A stretch of DNA of 64,000 nucleotides, taken from contig OZ024740.1 in NCBI GenBank assembly GCA_964016885.1, positions 389,732,001 to 389,796,000 on the forward strand, written 5' to 3'. Position numbers and translations under genes: made by a program. This stretch comes from Eledone cirrhosa (lineage: Eukaryota). Below, one piece after another: positions 1 to 14,300 of the stretch. The first letter of the stretch is position 1, and every line of letters starts with the position of its first letter. The notes under the pieces are model-generated. The model made no database searches. It saw nothing but the letters and a program-made list of their open reading frames with translations, and was not told the DNA's origin.

Positions 1-69
1 TGTTTATTCATGTTCTGTCGCAGTTAGAACCTCTATTTATTCATGTTCTGTCGGAGTTAGAACCTCGAT

Positions 70-3000
70 TTATTCATGTTCTGTCGGAGTTAGAACCTCT
101 GTTTATTCATGTTCTGTCGCAGTTAGAACCTCTATTTATTCATGTTCTGTGGGAGTTAGAACCTCTATTTATTCGTGTTCTGTCGGAGTTAGAACCTCTG
201 TTTATGCATGTTCTTTCGGAGTTAGAACCTCTATTTATTCGTGTTCTGTCGGAGTTAGAACCTCTATTTATTCATGTTCTGTCGGAGTTAGAACATGTAT
301 TTACTCATGTTCTGTCGCAGTTAGAACCTCTATTTATTCATGTTCTGTCGGAGTCAGAACCTCTATTTATTCATGTTCTGTCGGAGTTAGAAACTCTGTT
401 TATTCATGTTCTGTCGGAGTCAGAACCTCTGTTTATTCATGTTCTGTCGCAGTTAGAACCTCTATTTATTCATGTTCTGTCGGAGTTAGAACCTCGATTT
501 ATTCATGTTCTGTCGGAGTTAGAACCTCTGTTTATTCATGTTCTGTCAGAGCCAGAAGCTCTATTTATTCATGTTCTGTCGGAGTTAGAACCTCTGTTTA
601 TTCATGTTCTGTCACAGTTAGAATCTCTATTTATTCATGTTCTGTGCGAGTTAGAACCTCTATTTATTCATGTTCTGTCGGAGTTAGAACCTCTGTTTAT
701 TCATGTTCTTTCGGAGTTAGAACCTCTATTTATTCGTGTTCTGTCGCAGTTAGAACCTCTTGTCGGAGTCAGAACCTCTATTTATTCATGTTCTGACGGA
801 GTTAGAACCTCTATTTATTCATGTTCTGTCGGAGTTAGAACCTCTATTTATTCATGTTCTGTCGGAGTTAGAACCTCTGTTTATTCATGTTCTGTCGCAG
901 TTAGAACCTCTATTTATTCATGTTTTGTGGGAGTTAAAACCTCTATTTATTCATGTTCTGTCGGAGTTAGAACCTCTATTTATTCATGTTCTGTCGGAGA
1001 TAGAACCTGTGTTTATTCATGTTCCTTCGGAGTTAGAACCTCTGTTTATTCATGTTCTTTCGGAGTTAGAACCTCTGTTTATTCATGTTCTTTCGGAGTT
1101 AGAACCTCTATTTATTCATGTTCTGCCGCAGTTAGAACCTCTTGTCGGAGTTAGAACCTCTGTTTATTCATGTTTCTCAGAGTTAGAACCTCTGTTTATT
1201 CATGTTCTTTCGGAGTTAGAACCTCTATTTATTCATGTTCTGTCGCAGTTAGAACCTCTTGTTGGAGTTAGAACCTCTAATTATTCATGTTCTGTCGGAG
1301 TTAGAACTTCTATTTATTCGTGTTCTGTCGGAGTTAGAACCTCTATACATTCATGTTCTTTCGGAGTTAGAACCTCTATTTATTCATGTTCTGTCGGAGT
1401 TAGAACCTCTGTTTATTCATGTTCTGTCGAAGTTAGAACTTCTGTTTATTCATGTTCTGTCGGAGTCAGAACCTTATTTTTTCATGTTCTGTCGCAGTTA
1501 GAATCTCTTGTCGGAGTTAGAACCTCTATTTATTCATGTTCTGTCGGAGTTAGAACCGCTGTTTATTCATGTTCTGTCGGAATCAGAACCTCTATTTATT
1601 AATGTTCCGTCGGAGTTAGAACCGCTGTTTATTCATGTTCTGTCGGAATCAGAACCTCTATTTATTCATGTTCTGTCGGAGTTAGAACCTCTGTCTATTC
1701 ATGTTCTGTCGCAGTTAGAACCTCTATTTATTCATGTTCTGTGGGAGTTAGAAACTCTCTTTATTCATGTTCTGTCGGAGTTAGAACCTCTGTTTATTCA
1801 TGTTCCGTCGGAGTCAGAAGCTCTATTTATTCATGTTCTTTCGGAGTTAGAACCTCTATTTATTCATGTTCTGTCGGAGTTATTACCGCTGTTTATTCAT
1901 GTTCTGTCGGAATCAGAACCTCTATTTATTCATGTTCTGTCGGAGTTAGAACCTCTATTTATTCATGTTCTGTCGGAGTTAGAACCTCTGTTTATTCATG
2001 TTCTGTCGCAGTTAGAACCTCTATTTATTCATGTTTTGTGGGAGTTAAAAGCTCTATTTATTCATGTTCTGTCGGAGTTAGAACCTCTATTTATTCATGT
2101 TATGTCGGAGATAGTACCTCTGTTTATTCATGTTCCTTCGGAATTAGAACCTCTGTTTATTCATGTTCTTTCGGAGTTAGAACGTCTGTTTATTCATGTT
2201 CCTTCGGAGTTAGAACCTCTATTTGTTCATGTTCTGCCGCAGTTAGAACCTCTTGTCGGAGTTGGAACCTCTATACATTCATGTTCTTTCGGAGTTAGAA
2301 CCTCTATTTATTCATGTTCTGTCGGAGTTAGAACCTCTGTTTATTCATGTTCTGTCGAAGTTAGAACTTCTGTTTATTCATGTTCTGTCGGAGTCAGAAC
2401 CTTATTTTTTCATGTTCTGTCGCAGTTAGAATCTCTTGTCGGAGTTAGAACCTCTATTTATTCATGTTCTGTCGGAGTTAGAACCGCTGTTTATTCATGT
2501 TCTGTCGGAATCAGAACCTCTATTTATTAATGTTCCGTCGGAGTTAGAACCTCTGTTTATTCATGTTCCGTCGGAGTCAGAAGCTCTATTTATTCATGTT
2601 CTGTCGGAGTTAGAACCTCTGTTTATTCATGTTCTGTCGGAGTCAGAACCTCTATTTATTCATGTTCTGTCAGAGTTAGAACCTCTATTTATTCATGTTC
2701 TGTCGGAATTAGAACCTCTATTTATTCATGTTCTGTCGGAGTCAGAACCTCTATTTATTCATGTTCTGTCGGAGTTAGAAACTCTGTTTATTCATGTTCT
2801 GTCGGAGTTAGAACCTCTGTTTATTCATGTTCTGTCGCAGTTAGAACCTCTATTTATTCATGTTCTGTGGTATTTAGAACCTATATTTATTCATGTTCTG
2901 TCGGAGTTAGAACCTCTGTTTATTCATGTTCTGTCGGAGTTAGAACCTCTGTTTATTCATGTTATGTCGGAGTTAGAACCTCTATTTATTCATGTTCTTT

Positions 3001-5810
3001 CGGAGTTAGAACCTCTTGTCGGAGTTAGAACCTCTGTTTATTCATGTTTCTCGGAGTTAGAACCTTTGTTTATTCATGTTCTTTCGGAGTTAGAACCTCT
3101 GTTTATTCATGTTCTTTCGGAGTTAGAACCTCTATTTATTCATGTTCTGTGGGAGTTAGAACCTCTATTTATTCATGTTCTGTCGGAGTTAGAACCTCTA
3201 TTTATTCATGTTCTGTCGGAGTTAGAACCTCCGTTTATTCATGTTCTTTCGGAGTTAGAACGTCTGTTTATTCATGTTCTGTCGCAGTTAGAAACTCTAT
3301 TTATTCATGTTATGTCGCAGTTAGAACCTCTATTTATTCATGTTCTATCGGAGTGAGAACCTCTATTTATTCATGTTCTGTCGGAGTTAGAACCTCCGTT
3401 TATTCATGTTCTTTCGGAGTTAGAACGTCTGTTTATTCATGTTCTGTCGCAGTTAGAAACTCTATTTATTCATGTTCTGTGGGAGTTAGAACGTCTATTT
3501 ATTCATGTTTTGTCGAAGTTAGAACCTCTGTTTATTCATGTTCTGTCGGAGTCAGAACCTCTATTTATTCAGGTTCTGTCGGAGTTAGAACCTCTATTTA
3601 TTCATCTTCTGTCGGAGTTAATAAAATGTATTTATTCATGTTCTGTCGCAGTTAGAACCTCTATTTATTCATGTTCTGTCGGAGTCAGAACCTCTATTTA
3701 TTCATGTTCTGTCGGAGTTAGAAACTCTGTTTATTCATGTTCTGTCGGAGTCAGAACCTCTGTTTATTCATGTTCTGTCGCAGTTAGAACCTCTATTTAT
3801 TCATGTTCTGTCGGAGTTAGAACCTCGATTTATTCATGTTCTGTCGGAGTTAGAACCTCTGTTTATTCATGTTCTGTCGGAGTCAGAAGCTCTATTTATT
3901 CATGTTCTGTCGGAGTTAGAACCTCTGTTTATTCATGTTCTGTCGCAGTTAGAACCTCTATTTATTCATGTTCTGTGGGAGTTAGAACCTCTATTTATTC
4001 GTGTTCTGTCGGAGTTAGAACCTCTGTTTATGCATGTTCTTTCGGAGTTAGAACCTCTATTTATTCGTGTTCTGTCGGAGTTAGAACCTCTATTTATTCA
4101 TGTTCTGTCGGAGTTAGAACATGTATTTACTCATGTTCTGTCGCAGTTAGAACCTCTATTTATTCATGTTCTGTCGGAGTCAGAACCTCTATTTATTCAT
4201 GTTCTGTCGGAGTTAGAAACTCTGTTTATTCATGTTCTGTCGGAGTCAGAACCTCTGTTTATTCATGTTCTGTCGCAGTTAGAACCTCTATTTATTCATG
4301 TTCTGTCGGAGTTAGAACCTCGATTTATTCATGTTCTGTCGGAGTTAGAACCTCTGTTTATTCATGTTCTGTCAGAGCCAGAAGCTCTATTTATTCATGT
4401 TCTGTCGGAGTTAGAACCTCTGTTTATTCATGTTCTGTCACAGTTAGAATCTCTATTTATTCATGTTCTGTGCGAGTTAGAACCTCTATTTATTCATGTT
4501 CTGTCGGAGTTAGAACCTCTGTTTATTCATGTTCTTTCGGAGTTAGAACCTCTATTTATTCGTGTTCTGTCGCAGTTAGAACCTCTTGTCGGAGTCAGAA
4601 CCTCTATTTATTCATGTTCTGACGGAGTTAGAACCTCTATTTATTCATGTTCTGTCGGAGTTAGAACCTCTATTTATTCATGTTCTGTCGGAGTTAGAAC
4701 CTCTGTTTATTCATGTTCTGTCGCAGTTAGAACCTCTATTTATTCATGTTTTGTGGGAGTTAAAACCTCTATTTATTCATGTTCTGTCGGAGTTAGAACC
4801 TCTATTTATTCATGTTCTGTCGGAGATAGAACCTGTGTTTATTCATGTTCCTTCGGAGTTAGAACCTCTGTTTATTCATGTTCTTTCGGAGTTAGAACCT
4901 CTGTTTATTCATGTTCTTTCGGAGTTAGAACCTCTATTTATTCATGTTCTGCCGCAGTTAGAACCTCTTGTCGGAGTTAGAACCTCTGTTTATTCATGTT
5001 TCTCAGAGTTAGAACCTCTGTTTATTCATGTTCTTTCGGAGTTAGAACCTCTATTTATTCATGTTCTGTCGCAGTTAGAACCTCTTGTTGGAGTTAGAAC
5101 CTCTAATTATTCATGTTCTGTCGGAGTTAGAACTTCTATTTATTCGTGTTCTGTCGGAGTTAGAACCTCTATACATTCATGTTCTTTCGGAGTTAGAACC
5201 TCTATTTATTCATGTTCTGTCGGAGTTAGAACCTCTGTTTATTCATGTTCTGTCGAAGTTAGAACTTCTGTTTATTCATGTTCTGTCGGAGTCAGAACCT
5301 TATTTTTTCATGTTCTGTCGCAGTTAGAATCTCTTGTCGGAGTTAGAACCTCTATTTATTCATGTTCTGTCGGAGTTAGAACCGCTGTTTATTCATGTTC
5401 TGTCGGAATCAGAACCTCTATTTATTAATGTTCCGTCGGAGTTAGAACCGCTGTTTATTCATGTTCTGTCGGAATCAGAACCTCTATTTATTCATGTTCT
5501 GTCGGAGTTAGAACCTCTGTCTATTCATGTTCTGTCGCAGTTAGAACCTCTATTTATTCATGTTCTGTGGGAGTTAGAAACTCTCTTTATTCATGTTCTG
5601 TCGGAGTTAGAACCTCTGTTTATTCATGTTCCGTCGGAGTCAGAAGCTCTATTTATTCATGTTCTTTCGGAGTTAGAACCTCTATTTATTCATGTTCTGT
5701 CGGAGTTATTACCGCTGTTTATTCATGTTCTGTCGGAATCAGAACCTCTATTTATTCATGTTCTGTCGGAGTTAGAACCTCTATTTATTCATGTTCTGTC
5801 GGAGTTAGAA
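70..5810 (+). repeat. Higher-order duplication: ~70-1984 repeated at ~3896-5810 (offset 3826 bp)
   Basis: Matching ORF starts at 204/4030, 760/4586, 1259/5085, 1508/5334 and 1741/5567 (the first three translate identically). Rare variants are shared (gaacatgtatttactc, tcagagccagaagc, ctgtgcgag). The copies diverge near 1985/5811. Confidence 0.92.
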
Positions 5811-8325
5811 ACTCTGCTTATTCATGTTCTGACGGAGTCAGAACCTCTGTTTATTCATGTTCTGTCGCAGTTAGAACCGCTGTTTATTCATGTTCTGTCG
5901 GAATCAGAACCTCTATTTATTCATGTTCTTTCGGAGTTAGAACCTCTGTTTATTCATGTTCTTTCGGAGTTAGAACCTCTGTTTATTCATGTTCTTTCGG
6001 AGGTAGAACCTCTATTTATTCATGTTCTGCCGCAGTTAGAACCTCTTGTCGGAGTTAGAACCTCTGTTTATTCATGTTTTTTCGGAGTTAGAACCTCTAT
6101 TTATTCATGTTCTGTCGCAGTTAGAACTTCTTGTCGGAGTTAGACCCTCTGTTTATTCATGTTCTGTCGGAGTTAGAACTTCTATTTATTCGTGTTCTGT
6201 CGGACTTAGAACCTCTATACATTCATGTTCTTTCGGAGTTAGAACCTCTATTTATTCATGTTCTGTCGGAGTTAGAACCTCTGTTTATTCATGTTCTGTC
6301 GGAGTTAGAACCTCTGTTTATTCATGTTCTGTCGGAATTAGAACCTCTGTTTATTCATGTTCTTTCGGAATTAGAACCTCTATTTATTCATGTTCTGTCG
6401 GAGTCAGAACCTCTATTTATTCATGTTCTGTCGGAGTTAGAACCTCTTGTCGGAGTTAGAACCTCTATTTATTCATGTTCTGTCGGAGTTAGAACCGCTG
6501 TTTATTCATGTTCTGTCGGAGTCAGAAGCTCTATTTATTCATGTTCTGTCGCAGTTAGAACCTCTTGTCGGAGTCAGTACCTCTATTTATTCATGTTCTG
6601 TCGGAGTTTGAATCTCTATTTATTCATGTTCTGTCAGAGTTAGAACCTCTATTTATTCATGTTCTGTCGGAGTTAGAACCTCTATTTATTCATGTTCTTT
6701 CGGAGTTAGAACCTCTGTTTATTCATGTTATTTCGGAGTTAGAACCTCTATTTATTCATGTTCTTTCGGAGTTAGAACCTCTGTTTATTCATGTTCTTTC
6801 GGAGTTAGAACCTCTATTTATTCATGTTCTGCTGCAGTTAGAACCTCTTGTCGGAGTTAGAACCTCTGTTTATTATTGTTCCGTCGGAGTTAGAACCGCT
6901 GTTTATTCATGTTCTGTCGGAATCAGAACCTCTATTTATTCATGTTCTGTCGGAGTTAGAACCTCTGTCTATTCATGTTCTGTCGCAGTTAGAACCTCTA
7001 TTTATTCATGTTCTGTGGGAGTTAGAAACTCTCTTTATTCATGTTCTGTCGGAGTTAGAACCTCTGTTTATTCATGTTCCGTCGGAGTCAGAAGCTCTAT
7101 TTATTCATGTTCTTTCGGAGTTAGAACCTCTATTTATTCATGTTCTGTCGGAGTTATTACCGCTGTTTATTCATGTTCTGTCGGAATCAGAACCTCTATT
7201 TATTCATGTTCTGTCGGAGTTAGAACCTCTATTTATTCATGTTCTGTCGGAGTTAGAAACTCTGCTTATTCATGTTCTGACGGAGTCAGAACCTCTGTTT
7301 ATTCATGTTCTGTCGCAGTTAGAACCGCTGTTTATTCATGTTCTGTCGGAATCAGAACCTCTATTTATTCATGTTCTTTCGGAGTTAGAACCTCTGTTTA
7401 TTCATGTTCTTTCGGAGTTAGAACCTCTGTTTATTCATGTTCTTTCGGAGGTAGAACCTCTATTTATTCATGTTCTGCCGCAGTTAGAACCTCTTGTCGG
7501 AGTTAGAACCTCTGTTTATTCATGTTCTTTCGGAGTTAGAACCTCTATTTATTCATGTTCTGTCGCAGTTAGAACTTCTTGTCGGAGTTAGACCCTCTGT
7601 TTATTCATGTTCTGTCGGAGTTAGAACTTCTATTTATTCGTGTTCTGTCGGACTTAGAACCTCTATACATTCATGTTCTTTCGGAGTTATAACCTCTATT
7701 TATTCATGTTCTGTCGGAGTTAGAACCTCTGTTTATTCATGTTCTGTCGGAGTTAGAACCTCTGTTTATTCATGTTCTGTCGGAGTTAGAACCTCTGTTT
7801 ATTCATGTTCTTTCGGAGTTAGAACCTCTATTTATTCATGTTCTGTCGGAGTCAGAACCTCTATTTATTCATGTTCTGTCGGAGTTAGAACCTCTTGTCG
7901 GAGTTAGAACCTCTATTTATTCATGTTCTGTCGGAGTTAGAACCGCTGTTTATTCATGTTCTGTCGGAGTCAGAAGCTCTATTTATTCATGTTCTGTCGC
8001 AGTTAGAACCTCTTGTCGGAGTCAGTACCTCTATTTATTCATGTTCTGTCGGAGTTTGAATCTCTATTTATTCATGTTCTGTCAGAGTTAGAACCTCTAT
8101 TTATTCATGTTCTGTCGGAGTTAGAACCTCTATTTATTCATGTTCTTTCGGAGTTAGAACCTCTGTTTATTCATGTTATTTCGGAGTTAGAACCTCTATT
8201 TATTCATGTTCTTTCGGAGTTAGAACCTCTGTTTATTCATGTTCTTTCGGGGTTAGAACCTCTATTTATTCATGTTCTGCTGCAGTTAGAACCTCTTGTC
8301 GGAGTTAGAACCTCTGTTTATTCAT
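5430..8325 (+). repeat. Tandem higher-order duplication, period 1448 bp (2 copies)
   Basis: ORF starts 6046/7494 and 6565/8013. Shared rare variants ggaggtagaa, ttagaccctct, cggacttaga, gtcagtacc and gagtttgaatc lie at a 1448 offset. Confidence 0.92.
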
Positions 8326-11300
8326 GTTTCTCGGAGTTAGAACCTCTGTTTATTCATGTTCTTTCGGAGTTAGAACCTCTATTTATTCATGTTCTGTCGC
8401 ACTTAGGACCTCTTGTCGGAGTTAGAACCTCTAATTATTCATGTTCTGTCGGAGTTAGAACTTCTATTTATTCGTGTTCTGTCGCAGTTAGAACCTCTAT
8501 ACATTCATGTTCTTACGGAGTTAGAACCTCTATACATTCATGTTCTTTCGGAGTTAGAACCTCTATTTATTCATGTTCTGTCGGAGTCAGAACCTCTATT
8601 TATTCATGTTCTGTCGGAGTTAGAACCGCTGTTTATTCATGTTCCTGTCGGAATCAGAACCTCTATTTATTCATGTTCTGTTGGAGATAGAACCTCTATT
8701 TATTCATGTTCTGTCGGAGTTAGAACCTCTGTTTATTCATGTTCTGTCGCAGTTAGAACCTCTATTTATTCATGTTCTGTGGTATTTAGAACCTCTATTT
8801 ATTCATGTTCTGTCGGAGTTAGAACCTCTATTTATTCATGTTCTGTCGGAGTTAGAACCTCTGTTTATTCATGTTCTGTCGCAGTTAGAACCTCTATTTA
8901 TTCATGTTCTGTGGTATTTAGAACCTCTGTTTATTCATGTTCTGTCGGAGTCAGAACCTCTATTTATTCATGTTGTGTCGCAGTTAGAACCTCTTGTCGG
9001 AGTCAGAACCTCTATTTATTCATGTTCTGTCGGAGTTAGAACCTCTATTTATTCATGTTCTGTCGGAGTTAGAACCTCTATTTATTCATGTTCTGTCGGA
9101 GTTAGAACCTCTATTTATTCATGTTCTGTGGGAGTTAGAACCTCTATTTATTCATGTTCTGTCGGAGTTAGAACCTCTGTTTATTCATGTTGTTTCGGAG
9201 TTAGAACCTCTGTTTATTCATGTTCTTTCGGAGTTAGAACCTCTGTTTATTCATGTTCTTTCGGAGTTAGAACCTCTATTTATTCATGTTCTGCCGCAGT
9301 TAGAACCACTTGTCGGAGTTAGAACCTCTATTTATTAATGTTCTGTCGGAGTTAGAACCTCTATTTATTCATGTTCTGTCGCAGTTAGAACCTCTTGTCG
9401 AGGTTAGAATATCTAATTATTCATGTTCTGTCGGAGTTAGAACTTCTATTTATTCGTGTTCTGTCGGAGTTAGAACCTCTATACATTCATGTTCTTTCGC
9501 AGTTAGAACCTCTATTTATTCATGTTCTGTCGGAGTTAGAACCTCTATTTATTCATGTTCTGTCGGAGTTAGAACCTCTATTTATTCATGTTATGTCGGA
9601 GTTAGAACCTCTATTTATTCATGTTCTGTCGAGGTTAGAACCTCTATTTATTCATGTTCTGTCGGAGTTAGAACCTCTATTTATTCATGTTCTGTCGGAG
9701 TTAGAACCTCTTTTTATTCATGTTTTGTCGAAGTTAGAACCTCTGTTTATTCATGTTCTGTCGGAATCAGAACCCCTATTTATTAATGTTCTGTCGGAGT
9801 TAGAACCTCTGTTTATTAATGTTCTGTCGGAGTTAGAACCTCTGTATATTCATGTTCTGTCGCAGTTAGAACCTCTATTTATTCATGTTCTGTACGAGTT
9901 ATAACCTCTATTTATTCATGTTCTGTGGGATTTAGAACCTCTATTTATTCATGTTCTGTCGGTGTTAGAACCTCTGTTTATTCATGTTCTTTCGGAGTTA
10001 GAACCTCTATTTATTCATGTTCTGTCGCAGTTAGAACATCTTGTCGGAGTCAGAACCTCTATTTATTCATGTTCTGTCGGAGTTAGAACCTCTATTTATT
10101 CATGTTCTGTCGGAGTTAGAACCTCTATTTATTCATGTTCTGTCGGAGTTAGAACCTCTACTTATTCATGTTCTGTCGGAGTTAGAACCTCTGTTTATTC
10201 ATGTGTTGTCGCAGTTAGAACCTCTATTTATTCATGTTCTGTACGAGTTATAACCTCTATTTATTCATGTTCTGTCGGAGTTAGAACCTCTGTTTATTCA
10301 TGTTCTTTCGGAGTTAGAACCTCTATTTATTCATGTTCTGCCGCAGTTAGAACCTCTTGTCGGAGTTAGAACCTCTATTTATTAATGTTCTGTCGGAATC
10401 AGAACCTCTATTTATTCATGTTCTGTCGGAGTTAGAACCTCTGTTTATTCATGTTTCTCGGAGTTAGAACCTCTATTTATTCATGTTCTGCCGCAGTTAG
10501 AACCACTTGTCGGAGTTAGAACCTCTATTTATTAATGTTCTGTCGGAATCAGAACCTCTATTTATTCATGTTCTGTCGGAGTTAGAACCTCTGTTTATTC
10601 ATGTTCTGTCGCAGTTAGAACCTTATTTTTTCATGTTCTGTCGGAGTTAGAACCTCTGTTTATTCATGTTCTGTCGGAGTTAGAACCTCCGTTTATTCAT
10701 GTTCTTTCGGAGTTAGAACGTCTGTTTATTAATGTTCTGTCGCAGTTAGAACCACTATTTATTCATGTTCTGTCGGAGTGAGAACCCCTATTTATTCATG
10801 TTCTGTCGGAGTTAGAACCTCTGTTTATTAATGTTCTGTCGGAGTTAGAACCTCTGTTTATTCATGTTCTGTCGCAGTTAGAACCTCTATTTATTCATGT
10901 TCTTTGGGAGTTAGAACCTCTATTTATTCATGTTCTGTCGGAGTTAGAACCTCTGTTTATTCATGTTCTTTCGGAGTTAGAACCTGTATTTATTCATGTT
11001 CAGTCGCAGTTAGAACCTCTTGTCGGAGTCAGAACCTCTATTTATTCATGTTCTGTCGGAGTTAGAACCTCTATTTATTCATGTTCTGTCGGAGTTAGAA
11101 CCTCTGTTTATACATGTTCTTTCGGAGTTAGAACCTCTATTTATTCATGTTCTGCCGCAGTTAGAACCTCTTGTCGGAGTTAGAACCTCTGTTTATTCAT
11201 GTTCTGTCGGAATCAGAACCTCTATTTATTCATGTTCTGTTGGAGTCAGAACCTCTGTTTATTCATGTTCTGTCGCAGTTAGAACCTCTATTTATTCATG

Positions 11301-14300
11301 TTCTGTGGGAGTTAGAACCTCTATTTATTCATGTTCTGTCGGAGTTAGAATCTCTGTTTATTCATGTTCTGTCGGAGTCAGAACCTCTATTTATTCATGT
11401 TCTGTCGGAGTTAGAAACTCTGTTTATTCATGTTATGTCGGAGTCAGAACCTCTATTTATTCATGTTCTGTCGGAGTTAGAACCGCTGTTTATTCATGTT
11501 CTGTCGGAGACAGAACCTCTGTTTATTCATGTTCTGTCGGAGTTAGAACCGCTGTTTATTCATGTTCTGTCGGAGTCAGAAGCTCTATTTTTTCATGTTC
11601 CGTTGGACTTAGAACCTCTGTTTATTCATGTTCTGTCGCAGTTAGAACCTCTATTTATTCATGTTCTGTGGGAGTTAGAACCTCTATTTATTCATGTTCT
11701 GTCGGAGTCAAAACCTCTATTTATTTAGGTTCTGTCGGAGTTAGAACCTCTTGTCGGAGTCAGAACCTCTATTTATTCATGTTCTTTCGGAGTTAGAACA
11801 TCTATTTATTCATGTTCTGTCGGAGTCAGGACCTCTATTTATTTAGGTTCTGTCGCAGTTAGAACCTCTTGTCGGAGTTAGAACCACTATTTATTCATGT
11901 TCTATCGGAGTTAGAACCTCTGTTTATTCATGTTCTGTCGGAGTTAGAACGTCTATATATTCATGTTCTGTCGCAGTTAGAACCTCTTTTCGGAGTTAGA
12001 ACCTCTATTTATTCATGTTCTGTCGGAGTTAGAACTTCTATTTATTCGTGTTCTGTCGGAGTTAGAACCTCTATACATTCATGTTCTTTCGGAGTTAGAA
12101 CCTCTATTTATTCATGTTCTGTCGGAGTTAGGACCTCTGTTTATTCATGTTCTGTTGCAGTTAGAACCTCTATTTATTCATGTTCTGTCGGAGTTAGAAC
12201 CTCTATTTATTCATGTTCTGTCGGATTTAGAACCTCTGTTTATTCATTTCTTTCGGAGTTAGAACCTCTGTTTATTCATGTTCTATCGGAGTTAGAACCT
12301 CTGTTTATTCATGTTCTTTCGGAGTTAGAACCTCTATTTATTCATGTTCTGTCGCAGTTAGAACCTCTTGTCGGAGTCAGAACCACTATTTATTCATGTT
12401 CTGTCGGAGTTAGAACCCATATTTATTCATGTTCTGTCGGAGTCAGAACCTCTATTTATTCATGTTCTGTCGGAGTCAGAACCTCTATTTATTCATGTTC
12501 TGTCGCTATTAGAACCTCTATTTATTCATGTTCTGTCGTAGTTAGAACCTCTATTTATTCATGTTCTGTCGCAGTTAGAATCTCTTGTCGGAGTCAGAAT
12601 CTCTATTTATTCATATTCTGTCGGAGTGAGAACCTCTATTTATTCATGTTCTGTCGGAGATAGAACCTCTATTTATTCATGTTCTTTCGGAGTTAGAACC
12701 TCTGTTTATTCATGTTCTATCGGAGTTAGAACCTCTTGTCGGAGTCAGAACCTCTATTTATTCATGTTCTTTCGGAGTTAGAACCTCTATTTATTCATGT
12801 TCTGTCGCAGTTAGAACCTCTATTTATTAAATATCTGTCGCAGTTAGAAACTCTTGTCGGAGTCAGAACCTCTATTTATTCATGTTCTGTCGGAGTTAGA
12901 ACATCTATTTATTCATGTTCTGTCGGAGTCAGAACCTCTATTTATTCACGTTCTGTCGAAGTTAGAAGCTCTATTTATTCATGTTCTGTCGCCGTTAGAA
13001 CCTCTATTTATTCATGTTCTGTCGGAGTTAGAACCTCTGTTTATTCATGTTCTGTCGGAGTGAGAACCTCTATTTATTCATGTTCTGTCGGAGTTAGAAC
13101 CTTATTTTTTCATGTTCTGTCGGAGTTAGAACCTCTGTTTATTCATGTTCTGTCTGAGTTAGAACCTCTGTTTATTCATGTTCTTTCGGAGTTAGAACCT
13201 CTGTTTATTCACGTTCTCTCGCAGTTAGAACCACTATTTATTCATGTTCTTTCGGAGTTAGAACCTCTATTTATTCATGTTCTGTCGGAGTTAGAACATC
13301 TATTTATTCATGTTCTGTCGGAGTCAGAACCTCTATTTATTTAGGTTCTGTCGCAGTTAGAACCTCTATTTATTCAATATCTGTCGCAGTTAGAACCTCT
13401 TGTCGGAGTCAGAACCTCTATTTATTCATGTTCTATCGGAGTTAGAACCTCTGTTTATTCATGTTCTGTCGGAGTTAGAACCTCTATTTATTCATGTTCT
13501 GTCGCAGTTAGAACCTCTTGTCGGAGTTAGAACCTCTATTTATTCATGTTCTGTCGGAGTTAGAACTTCTATTTATTCGTGTTCTGTCGGAGTTAGTACC
13601 TCTATACATTCATGTTCTTTCGGAGTTAGAACCTCTATTTATTCATGTTCTGTCGATGTCAGAACCTCTGTTTATTCATGTTCTGTCGGAGTCAGAACCT
13701 GTATTTATTCATGTTCTGTCGCAGTTAGAATCTCTTGTCTGAGTTAGAACCTCTATTTATTCATGTTCTATCGGAGTTAGAACCTCTGTTTATTCATGTT
13801 CTTTCGGAGTTAGAACCTCTATTTATTCATGTTCTGTCGCAGTTAGAACCTCTATTTATTCCTGTTCTGTCGCAGTTAGAATCTCTATTTATTCATGTTC
13901 TGTCGGAGTTAGAACCTCTATTTATTCATGTTCTGTCGGAGTTAGAACCTCTGTTTATTCATGTTCTGTCGGAGTGAGAACCTCTATTTATTCATGTTCT
14001 TTCGGAGTTAGAACCTCTGTTTATTCTTGTTCTGTCTCAGTTAGAACCACTATTTATTCATATTCTGTCGGAGTTAGAACCTCGATTTATTCATGTTCTG
14101 TCGGAGTTAGAACATCTATTTATTCATGTCCTGTCGGAGTCAGAACCTCTATTTATTCATGTTCTATCGGAGTTAGAACCTCTGTTTATTCATGTTCTGT
14201 CGGAGTTAGAACCTCTATTTATTCATGTTCTGTCGCAGTTAGAACCTCTTGTAGGAGTTAGAACCTCTATTTATTCATGTTCTGTCGGAGTTAGAACTTC

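Noticed and set aside
1340-2550. A 928-bp offset (1508/2436) equal to the 928-bp period at 42-44 kb
   Set aside because: The variant content differs between the two regions and only ~280 bp match here. Offsets are quantised as 33n + 19m - k, so coincidences are expected.
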